The notes under the pieces were generated by a model, which ran no database searches, was not told where the DNA came from, and saw only the letters and a program-made list of their open reading frames with translations. From positions 1-64,000 of the forward strand of contig JAHLWZ010000470.1 of NCBI GenBank assembly GCA_020536535.1: DNA of 64,000 bases, in the 5' to 3' direction. Position 1 is the first letter of the stretch, and the number at the start of each line of letters is the position of its first letter. A program made the translations under genes and the position numbers. Positions 35,635 through 46,410 of the stretch are shown piece after piece. The DNA is from Pelomyxa schiedti (taxonomy: Eukaryota > Protista > Evosea).

Positions 35635-38109
35635 ATGGCAAGCACAAGTACCAGTACTGGTACCGCGACCTCCACTGCGTATGTTCCCTGTGCTTTCAAC
35701 GTGTTTAGACTCGTAACCATAATGATTTTTATTTTTATGCAGAAGGGATGACATTCTTGAAGTGGCGGCAATGGGCCGCAGGGGTATAGAAGTTGGGTAC
35801 TGCTACGATGCGCGAAGTGATAGGTTTTGGCGGGTTAGCTTGTGGAATACGTCGTCACTGGCCAGCCTCCGCCCTGTCCCTGAGGCAAGCCAGAAGGTGA
35901 AAGTCACAATTGAAAGAGACCTATCTGATCGCCTTGACGAACTTGATGTGTCTGCTGAGTTGAAGCTGTCTCTGTGTGCTGGGATGATTGATGTCTCAGG
36001 TTCTGCTCACTTTTTAAACAAGCAACTTGTCAGCACCAACACAGTGTGTTGAGCCCACACCTTGTTTCTTTTCCTCACAGTATCCAGGCACGAGTTGTGT
36101 TTACAATCAATGTGATAACCCACTGGATTGGATTGACAATGGACCAGCTTGGACAGGATAAAGATGGCAGGATGCTATTTGACCAGACCCAAGTCTTTGA
36201 CAATCAAGACCTCACCCACGTTGTGAGCCAGATCACTTATGGTGTGAATGGGCACTTCGTGTTTGATGTGGTCTCGAATGACTCCAAGGAAAGAAGGGAA
36301 ATCGAAGGGAAACTTGATGTCATGATCAAAAAGATACCACTGTGTGATATTTCTGGCAAAGCTTCATTGAACTTAACTGAAGAGGAGAGCACCCTCTCTG
36401 ACAGGATTTCTGTAGATTATGTTGGCGATCTCATCCTTGACGCACCTCCAACCACTTTTGAGGCTGCTTTGCATGCAGTGGGGCAGTTCACATCTGAAAA
36501 AATTCTCCATAGTGCAGTTCCATTGAAGGTGCAGCTCATGCCCCTTTCAAAGCTGATGCCAAATACTGTCCGCATCTGTCACAAAATCAGGAGTGACATA
36601 ATCCAAAGCTTGATGCAACTTCAGGGTGAAATTGAGCGAGTTATCGTCAACTTACATGCACTCAAGATGGATAATGCAGAGACTGTTCCCCCAGTAACAC
36701 AAGCATTAACAACCTTGGAATCTGCAGCAAAGGATCTGAAAGCACATTTGCAAGAACAGTTGCTTGCCAAGATTCCCCTCGTGAGGGGTGATGGAACAGG
36801 GAGGGAGGAGACTGCACTCCTTGATCTGTACACCTCTATTACTCAGTCCGCATTTCAACCTCATTACCTCCAGTCATATGCTGACAACCTCCATTACCAA
36901 GTGAAAGTATTAAACCAAGTCATTCAGGAAGCAAATGCCTCAAATTCTGAAGGGCAGCCTGACTTGCATATAATGAGTCTCCATGGTGTTAAGTCATCTG
37001 TTAGTGGGGATTTCATTGTTCTAAAACTGTCAGTTCCTTTTACCACAGATTACATGCAGCAGCTCTCTAAGAGGCCTCTCACATTCACAACCAAAATACC
37101 ACCAGATGCACCAATCCCATCGCCTGTCAAGTGGGAAGAAGATCCACCACTTTTAGCCAAGTTAGTGGAGTCATGCAAACTAGTTCACAGAGAAGCTGCC
37201 CAGTGTAAGTTGAAACCAATCTTCTGCTTGGAAAGTACAGATACTAGTCCCCACATTGAAGTGAGTTTTAGGAGGGGCATGACATGGAGGAGATTTGAGG
37301 AGCCCCCCACACCCAGAAACCTTGTAATCAGGCAGTGCAATGTTGGGTACCAGGTGACCTGGGACTCTGTCCCAGTGCAAACCCCCCCTTTGGGGGCTGT
37401 CTCATATAGGCTGGACGGAGCTCCATGGTCTTCTGCGTCTAATTTCCAACAATGGTACTTTGGCCCCAACTGCTCATACCTCCTCTACCGTGGACAAGTG
37501 CCTGCACACTCTAAACTTCGTTTGTGCTCTGTTATGCAAGCCACAGGTGAAGCCAGTGACTGGGTGTGTGCTGAGGTGGGTCAAATTCGCTTGGATCCAG
37601 CAAGTGCAAACAGGGGTGTTGTTCTTGAGCCTGATGGGTTGGGTTGCACTATACCTGGTACACCAGCAACTGTCGTGGCTGCCACTGAAGGTTTTATAAG
37701 TGGCTCACACTGCTGGGAATTCACACTTGAGGAAACTGAGCAATGGTGTCATGTTGGTGTCTGTTGTTCACCCTCCAGTGTCACCAGTGGGACTAACTTG
37801 GGAAGCATGTCATCAGGGTTTGCCATTATGGGCTGTTCAAACCGAGAGCAAGGGTCCATGTTTTTATGGCATAATGGCCAAGGCTTTGAGGATGGAATCC
37901 GAGTTTTCCTGCCAGGGGACAGGGTTAGGCTTACACTCGACTGTGCAAAGGGCACCTTGGAATACTGCATAAATGGCAACCTTATCTCTACTCTTGTGTT
38001 CCGGGGTAAGCTCAAGGAGTGTTGTGGGAGAGCACCACTTTTCCCTGCCTTTTCAAGTTACCGTGGTCCCCGGCCAACAAAATTCACCAAAATATCTTTT
38101 GACTGCTAA
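35635..38109 (+). CDS. Stonustoxin/neoverrucotoxin-like pore-forming protein (MACPF/CDC-like N-terminus, FN3-like segment, C-terminal B30.2/SPRY)
   Basis: EVAAMGRRGIEVGYCYDARSD, LDVSAELKLSLCAGMIDVSGSAHFL, THVVSQITYGVNGHFVFD, IEGKLDVMIKKIP..DISGKASL, PPTTFEAAL and AVPLKVQLMPL match SNTX-family blocks; SPRY motifs GFISGSHCWEF, GDRVRLTLDC, LFPAFS; two introns. Confidence 0.88.
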
Positions 38110-38379
38110 ACTCAATTCTTTGCCATAAACACTATTCTCTCGTTTGGACTTTTCCAATTTCGTTTCTCGATATCTCCAAAACGCGTATGAGTGCCACCAA
38201 GCCACCAGCCCTGGTTCCAAGACCACACCCAGCACAACAGGATCTTCTCAAGGCTACAAAAGATACATCTCCACCATCACCAACCGAAGAAAAAAAATGG
38301 TGGTGTTTGGTAGAGTGGGCCGTTTCTTCCCCATAAAAACAGCAACGGCAGAACTACATTCAATCCCAATAAGACTTCT

Positions 38380-40211
38380 TTATTCGTTTACAGGCTTATA
38401 ACCAGCTTTTCGTTTTTGAGCAAGAGCCCATACTGAGATGACGATGGTGGGGATGAGGATGGCTACCCCAAGACCTACACATACTACAATGATGGAAACA
38501 ATTTCAGAGGGTGCTGTGCCATGAATTAGGGACTGAAAGTGTGGGCTGGAATTGATTACCAGTGAGAGAGATGACGGCAATTTTGCCCTTTTCCTCATCC
38601 GCGTCGGGGGCGCCAACTAGAAGCACAAAATCTTTCACCAGAACAGAGGCACCAAAGCCAGGCTGATTATCAACTGTAACAGTTTTGGGACTCTTCCATT
38701 GAGAATCCTCCCACCCATAGGCCACAATTGATTGAGTTGAATTCGATGAGGCAACGAGTTTCTACAACAAAGTTAAAGATTGAAAAAAAAAAAACTTAAT
38801 AAAAAGCATACATTGGGGTAATCAACATTAAAGCCATTATAGCCTTCTGTGTCATCAGTACATAGTGTTCCCTCATGGGTCCATGTAGCACCTGGTTACG
38901 AAATGCCTTTCACATTAAATCCTATCCACTGCCTCCCAACCCCGTTGGATACTTCCCAAGAAAGTAGAAAGACACACCATTATTAGAGAGGCTGAATGTT
39001 ATTACACACTGAGGTGTGTCAGCAAGGGCAACGAGATACTTGATCCCATCGCAAAGCTATCCAACATTAAAGGAGCGAAAAAGTAGTAATAGTAAGACCT
39101 GAATTGCTGAGCCCATATTGGTAATCGATTTTCCATTTATAGTGAAATCACTGCCACACTTACGAGAAAGGAGAGTGGCAGAATTAGTCCTATTGGCAAA
39201 GACAGAGTATAGACTGATACAACCGCCCGAGCCAGCTGCGGGCTCCCCGACGGCAACATATGTTGTTCCTGTTCGCAGTTTAACCCCTATGTTATTAGAA
39301 GTGAGATACCTTTAACATCCCCAGAAACAGATACAGAGTGGCCAAACAAACTACTGGTCGTGGTTTGTTTAGTAGGAAGAAGAAGGCTATGAAGTGCTAG
39401 GGTATCGTTGATTGCGGTATAAAGTGTTACCGCCTGATGAGTATGAGTATGTTAGGTCGTTTTGAGAAAGAATCTTTTTACCCCGGAAGTGGCGGTATAA
39501 GGTGATACGTGTGAAGTAGGAGAACCAACAACTACAAGTGCATCACCAGATTCATCATCTTCTAAAGCTGCCATACTGGCTCCAAAAGCTAAAACTATGT
39601 TAAGTCCTCCAGAGGAACATGGAACTTACATCCAATTACTGTTGAGTTTATTACATCAGGAGTGGGAAGTAAAACGCCTGTGGCAGAGTTTTTCTTGAGA
39701 GTGTACAAAAACAAAGAGTTGTCTGCTGTGTTCGCATATCCACTTGGTGTTGGAATAGAGGCGAAGACTCGAGAGACTGAGATGGTAGACATTATTACAG
39801 TTGCGTTCTATCAATGATGGTGTTCTTAAGGTATAATGGCGGTAACACAAAATTTATCTACCGGGTAAATTGCAGAGACGTCCAATGTGAAAATTCGGGT
39901 GAAGAAAACTCCTTGTTCAGGGGCATCATAGCCATGCAGCAGTCCCCCAGTGCTGGTCACAAACCTTTCCCACAATTCAGTTAGCAACGCCAACATCGGG
40001 CAACGACGGCGAGTAAAGCAAACGAGATCCCGAATCACCTCAACGTGTTGTTGGAGCTCAAGTGCGCAAACTGCGATATGTAGCGGCCCATTCTCCCGCC
40101 CTCCGGAGCGGCCGATGGCGGCTTTACGTAACTCTCAACCAACCACGAGTCTACGGCAACAAGGCCGCACAATAGTACGCACAACAACCGACACACGGAC
40201 GACGCCACCAT
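38380..40211 (-). CDS. Type I membrane protein with FG-GAP-like propeller repeats
   Basis: Signal peptide MVASSVCRLLCVLLCGLVAVDS; FGASMAALEDDESGDALVVVGSP, FGHSVSVSGD, VAVGEP and FGASVLVKDFVLLVGAP; C-terminal TM helix and tail KRKAGYKPVNE. Confidence 0.75.
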
Positions 40212-40505
40212 GTCTCTCGCTGCCACCCCAAGATCCTCGAATTATTTTCTTTTAATGCCTCCAGTTTTCGGGATCAGCGAAGAAGGAAAAAGCGAAGCAG
40301 GGAACGAGGCTTGACGAAATTTCCCCCAGTTCCATGGGTGTTCACCGCTCCATTGTTAATCACAACAGAACCTCTCTCTGAGAACTCACCCTTCTCAGAC
40401 TCACAGTGGACAAGAAACATGGCAAGTGTGGCACCCCTTTTTTTTCGTCGGAAACCTGATCGATCATGAGTTTTTTGAGGTATCAAAAAAAAACAGCTGT
40501 TGACG

Positions 40506-42197
40506 TCAGTCACAACACAGGTACGAAAAAAGTGATGTGATCCTGTGGTGGTTGCGTTGGCCACAAGGCAACAGCATCGCTATCTTGGCACCAGGACCAC
40601 GGCCATCGGGAGAGTCATCAGTTACTGTGATGCTGTTGCCCCTCACATGGAACAAGAACCCAGAGTGCCCAAACACCAGCCCGCAGCATGCAGCAGAGTG
40701 GTCCACTATCCTCAGCGGCTGTGTTGGGTTGTCGCAGTCCCATATCGTAAGGGTGTTTGGGCACTGTGTCACACAATACTGCCTCTCGTTCATCTGGTCT
40801 AATGCCGGAAGCCCTTGCTCCTCGTCTCTGTGGAATCTGGCTATGCCCACTGCTTTTGGCCCTGCAGATGCCCTGAACTGCAGGATGACTTCGGTTTCGC
40901 GACTACATTCCACCTTCACTATGAAAGCAGGTTCTTTAGATTCAGTCTGAAGAACCAGAACCATTGAGATTGATCGGCACTGTGTGGTGCACACTGCTGG
41001 GAGTGAACACGTGGTGTAATTGACCGGCTCTGTAAGTGATTTTGTTCTGCAGAACGGTTCCAGATTTATAACAACCAGTTCAATTGACTCATAGTTCACG
41101 CCGTTGTAAACCAGCACAGCCTCGTCCTCATGCGTCTTTGTCATGAAAACAGCAATTGGTCTGAAGAAACCACCGTGGTGTTCTGGTAGAATAAGCGTCT
41201 CTGCTACGGATTGTGCATCCTCATCGAGGGCTGAAACCTGTGCCTGGATTTGCCAATCTCGCAGCCTGTCCAGATGTAACAAGTTTGAAACTGCCAGTTG
41301 GGATCCAGGCCCGCAGACTACGCACCACTTGTGGTTCATTGTGTACGGAAAGCGATATCCAGCGTCAGCTCGGTACACAAGCTGCACGTCATCCTTCCAA
41401 TCACAGGTTCTGATAAGTCTTCGAAGATGGCGTGGCAAGGGATCGCCCATGTCCTCGTCACCGCTCTGTGAGACAAATACGAGTTTCGTGCCATGGTCCT
41501 GACAGACACTGCTATCACCAATGCCTCTGTTGGCGACAGGGAACATCCCTGACAGGGCTGATGTCTTCCAACTGTGAAACACAGCATCTCCAAGCGTCCA
41601 GTTCCTGGCAACAAAGTGGGTCCGGTTTCCCCCAAGCAATCCAGATACCCCCGGACTGTCACAGTGAAGCCAGCAGCACCTGGTGCCGGAAACAATCCCA
41701 TGGGTAAGCATTGACACCCCAAACGTGAAGGCTGTGGACTTGAGGTTGCTCCATCGCCTGAGCCCAGACATGACTGATACACTGAAGAACCTCACAGTTC
41801 CAGGAAGTGTGACGAACTCCCACACGAGCCGCGCCGCCAACCCATAATTGTCGTTGCAGGGGCCGCTGATGCTGATTTGCCGCAACTCAGGCCGGGCCCA
41901 GCCGCACCTCGGGTGCGCCACGGTGCACAGGGCAGCGAATTGACGCGGCAGCCCGAGCGAGCGTACGACGGCCGCGCTGGATTTGGGGTCTCGTAGGCAT
42001 CGAGGACGAGTGTAGGCGCGCGTGCGCTTGTGGGGCGGATGCAATGGCTTGTTGTTGGACGATGTTGAGCCGTAGTCTCGGTCTATATCGGGGGCCGCTA
42101 CGACTGCAGTCTTAGTACAGGCCCCTGCAACGAAACTGTTGGTTCTTGGTCTTTTGGTATCGTTTCTTGTGGTGCTGTGCTCTTTTTGGTGCGCCAT
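40506..42197 (-). CDS. Intronless hypothetical protein of the 'RQF..HPRCG' family with a beta-rich C-terminal part
   Basis: 563-aa ATG-initiated ORF containing LPRQFAALCTVAHPRCG. Confidence 0.75.
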   Translation of the reverse strand: MAHQKEHSTTRNDTKRPRTNSFVAGACTKTAVVAAPDIDRDYGSTSSNNKPLHPPHKRTRAYTRPRCLRDPKSSAAVVRSLGLPRQFAALCTVAHPRCGWARPELRQISISGPCNDNYGLAARLVWEFVTLPGTVRFFSVSVMSGLRRWSNLKSTAFTFGVSMLTHGIVSGTRCCWLHCDSPGVSGLLGGNRTHFVARNWTLGDAVFHSWKTSALSGMFPVANRGIGDSSVCQDHGTKLVFVSQSGDEDMGDPLPRHLRRLIRTCDWKDDVQLVYRADAGYRFPYTMNHKWCVVCGPGSQLAVSNLLHLDRLRDWQIQAQVSALDEDAQSVAETLILPEHHGGFFRPIAVFMTKTHEDEAVLVYNGVNYESIELVVINLEPFCRTKSLTEPVNYTTCSLPAVCTTQCRSISMVLVLQTESKEPAFIVKVECSRETEVILQFRASAGPKAVGIARFHRDEEQGLPALDQMNERQYCVTQCPNTLTIWDCDNPTQPLRIVDHSAACCGLVFGHSGFLFHVRGNSITVTDDSPDGRGPGAKIAMLLPCGQRNHHRITSLFSYLCCD

Positions 42198-42240
42198 CCT
42201 CCGATAAAGTCAAAAAAAAGCTGTTTTGTGTTTTTAATTC

Positions 42241-44639
42241 ATGAGGAGAAGGATGAAGAGAGACAGGCAGCTGGTTTCACGGGGACTTAGGCGTTCTGAT
42301 CCTCCATCATCCATTAATCCCAGCTCCCCTCCCGTGCCTTCTTTCCTCGGAATCAATCCTTTTTTTGTTTCCTTTTGTTCCCCCCGGTCCCTAGATGCCC
42401 CGCGATTATGGGTTTTTTTTTTCCTCTTTCCTCAAAAAAAAGGTAGCGGTCGTGGTCGTGGATACGGAAGCGGGTAGCACCGAGGTCGGAACGTCGGGTG
42501 CCCGACGACTACGACGACGCAGGGTACTACGATGGGAACCAGTGTGAGGAGTCGCAGGACCAGGACGACGAATACGAAGAAGATGTGGACTGGGAATTCG
42601 TAAGCTTCGTGACTACAAGCAAAAGAATGGTGCTTGTTGAGCTAAAAGCCTTGGATTTTGATCCAGCAAAACTGGCTTCTATCTGTACCTTGGGTGATCT
42701 CAGAAAAGTTCAAGAACTACTGCAGCTACCAATTGTGTGGCAGGTTTTTTGTGTTGATTTTTGCTTATACTATTCAGGTGTGTGAAAAATCCAGTGACGG
42801 CTCGGTCCTACATCTAGCACAACAAATTTGCGAACTAGTATCAGAGAAAGCATGGAACGCAACTGACATGGATAAGGTGCAAGGGATCCTCTCGTACTAT
42901 AACAGCAGAGATTTCATTGGAAAATTCCTCCTGGCACTATCTGAGTGCAACAGCAATGCTCTGCAGCGCTTCAGCGCTGTTATTGAAGGTGCGAGCAAGT
43001 CTGGTGCCTTGGTGAGATCAATTGTCGACGAAATCCGCCATCGACAGGATGCTGCTACACTAATGGAAACTCTCAGGAGTATGTGCCCCCGTATCATTGA
43101 AGACTACGGCGCAGTAATCGCCCAGGCCATTACAGAACATAGGGGCACATGTCATACAGTTATCAGTTCGGCTGCTGACGGCCGTGGTAGGGTGTCACCA
43201 CCCCCACAGTCAACTTCCGCTTATGACTCATCACATAGACCTCGATGGGAGGTACTCAACGCAAATTCGGAGAACTCGTTTGCTGATTCAGGAGATAAGA
43301 TTGTTGCGGATATAATATGCAATTCACAGGTGTCACCAGATTTCGTGCAAGAAGTGTTGTTCCCATTCTTCCAAAACAATCCAGGTGCTCGCAGTGTCAG
43401 TGAAAACAGCTTCACTGAGTTTTTGCACAGCTGGTTCAACTCAGCCCCAACTGTCATTGAAGAAGCTGCCACTTCCTACCTCCAAATGTGTGTGAGGGAG
43501 GCCAAGAGCCTGGACATGCACAGAGATGCAATAAATGCCTGTCTCTCAAAGAAGTACATATATCCACTTTGCAGACAGTTCATAGAGCTGTGTGAGTGTT
43601 CTCACCTGCAAGCCCGGTACCAGAAGCTCAATTCAACTTGCCACTGCAACGCCTTCCTGAATCAGCTTCTCCAACTTTGTGGTGAGAAGTTGTGCGATTT
43701 TCTCATGAACTCCACATTGGCATTTGCTTCACGTGCTGGGAACTTGCCTGCTATCAAGGTTCTCATTAATGACCTTCATGCAAATCCGGCTGTAAACTGC
43801 ATTATATTGGATGCGTTGATTGGGTGCCCAGGGGGCAATGAGGACGCCTCAGAGGTTGTCAAATTCCTTGTTGAACACGGCGGATTAGATATGCTTTACA
43901 GGCACCCAGAACTACGTAGTTCCACTGATGTGCATGAGGCACAGCAGAAACTCAGGAGTGTTCTTCTTGTGGGTGGAGCACAACCCGTATCATGGCTAAC
44001 TTTAGAGCCGAAAGATGGATCCATCACACAAATAAGCATAACTGAAACAACCGGAAATGACGGCGACCACCCCCTCAATGTGCCACAACAGCAACCGGCA
44101 GAACCCCCACATGGTGTTTCATCAACTCCAGCAACACCAGCTTCCCAAGATGTTCAAGGTTCTAACAACACCAATCAACAGGAGTTCGCAGGCCGGAAAA
44201 GTTTGCAGTACTTTATCTCTAAAAACAATTCAAGAGTGGAAAAAATAATGAAAAGCGGCCAAACACTCCTTCAGGTTGTTTTGTGCAATGATCAGCCAGA
44301 GAAGCTGCTGGCCGTTTTACTTGGCTCCAAGTTTTGTGAATCTATTCTCTCCGGGCCACTCCCAATGGACCACATGGACACCATTGACCAGTTGATCGCC
44401 AAAGTGGTATGGCGTCACTCATCAGGCCTGAATGCCTTTTTTTCTTACGTTATTCTTTGCAGAAAAATGAAACACTAAAACAACGTGTAGCGTTAACGTT
44501 GGTGCTGGGGAGGCACGGCCGCAACAGCCCCGCTCGTATCCTCGACTGTGACACGCTTAAGATCGTGCTCGCCTACATACACACCCCTGCAAACAGAATA
44601 GAGTGGACCCCCTATGTCTCACACACACACGCTCTCTGA
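42241..44639 (+). CDS. Ankyrin-like repeat protein with a C-terminal 'GRHGRNSPARIL' motif (start approximate)
   Basis: 606-aa core ORF with LAFASRAGNLPAIKVLI and VVKFLVEHG; last exon LKQRVALTLVLGRHGRNSPARILDCDTLKIVLAY. Confidence 0.65.
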
Positions 44640-44760
44640 GGAAAAGGGTTTACCCACACACAAACACTCCTTTCCAAGAAGGTAGTTTGATGGAAAATCA
44701 TTGACTGGTCTGGGCTGCAGATTGTTTGCTGATTCGTCGGTTATACCAAAAGGAAGTAAA

Positions 44761-46034
44761 ATGGTGAAGTTTACAGCCGGGTTCGTGTCCAACTCGTCCT
44801 CCTCGTCTTACTTTGTGCTGTGGACGGACAAAACCCCCCATGAAGTACTCGAGGAGACGGACGACTGCCACTGCGGATCCGCCGCCTCCCTGGTCGACGA
44901 AATGGAGGGCTTCCCTCCCGACTGCCATCTAGTATTGCCCCAGAACCCCCACAAAACCAAAAAAAAAAAAAAGCACCCAGTCACTTACTGCTTGCTGTCT
45001 GACCCAACCCTCGCCAGGCGGCCACTACCTGCGGGATTCACACAGCTGCCTTTTGGGAGGACGACGACGAGATCGAGGCGGACCCGCCGCCCCAGAGGCC
45101 CAGCGGCGAGAAATACGTGTGCCACGAGTGCACCAAGAGGTCCGAGGATTGGCTGTCCGGGGTGGCTCCGTGGGCCAGGCGTCGGAGGGCCGCAGCTAAA
45201 TCATCTGGGGACCGCTCGGCGCGCTCTACTACGCATGGAACTCGTGTGGTATGTAAATGTTGTGAATATGTGGCGGGTGCGAGTGTGTGAAGGTGTGAAG
45301 GGAAACCTTGCCGTGAATGGCTTACAAGTGGGGAAACAGAGGTACGATGACATTATTGCTGCCCTTAATCCAACACCTCCGGCAACGCAATCACAAGTAT
45401 GCCTTGGGCAGCAGACACTGGTGTGGATTTTCAAGCACGTGCTAACCATTCGGGAACCTGAGAGTGATGACAGTGAGAGTGATGAGATTGCGACTCACCA
45501 TGGACTCCCTAAAAATGAGGACGATATTTTAAATGCCACCAAAACGTTGCTTTCTTTATCAACTGTTTGCAAGAGGTATGCTGACTATTCCTCAACTAAG
45601 TCTGATATTTTTGCGTGCAGCTGGAGGGAGGCAGCTTTAGATGATGATCTTTGGCGAGAGGTAGTGAAGAATAGTTGCGCCAAGGATTTTCTTCCTGGAA
45701 AGTTTGTGCAGTGAATCAAAGTGGAAATATATAACTGCATGATAGATACGATATGACAATACCTGGGCTAGACCTCGTGTCTACATGCAAGGAACTGGCT
45801 ATTCGGGTTTCCAAACAAGTTGTGGCTCAGAACACCCTTCATGTGAGATTCTTGGCACCAAACTTCTACACATTGCTGCGGCACCTGTCAAAGGAAGGTA
45901 TAGATGAGGCATTGGATTTCATTAGGGGTAATAAAACCGGGACAATTATCTGTGAGGAAGAATGTGATATCGGAGCAACCAATGACACTCTTGAGTACTG
46001 GAGGGACAAAGCCAAGCTCCTTGCATACCTGTAA
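44761..46034 (+). CDS. F-box-like protein with an N-terminal 'MVKFTAGFVSNSSSSSY' motif and Cys-rich segment
   Basis: ATG at 44761; four GT-AG introns give MVKFTAGFVSNSSSSSYFV...CHCG...CGIH...CHEC...LVWIFKHV...LLSLSTVCKSWREAALDDDLWR...; stop at 46034. Confidence 0.7.
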
Positions 46035-46410
46035 CAAGAGTCATAAATAAGAGCCCATTTGAAAATTGAAATGTAAGTTGTTGACTGCTCCTGGCATAGG
46101 GAACCTGCCAGGAACTCCATTGGTGAACTTCTTCCAGGTCCACACAGATTCTGTTTTGAGAATTGCCTCCCGGCTTCCCGTCCTTTTCTTCTTTCTTATT
46201 CCACGAACATTACCACAGAGTCTCGAATGTCAGAATAAATGACATTACCCTTGGCCTTGCTGTTTTACTACTGAAAACCCATCACCTAAATCAAACAAAA
46301 AAGTCTTTCTCTTTTCCCTGAAACGGCGTTGTCAACGTCGTCAGTTACCGGCGAAGAAAAACTGCAGGAAACACACAAGAAAAAAAAGAAAAAAAAACGC
46401 ACGAGAGGCG

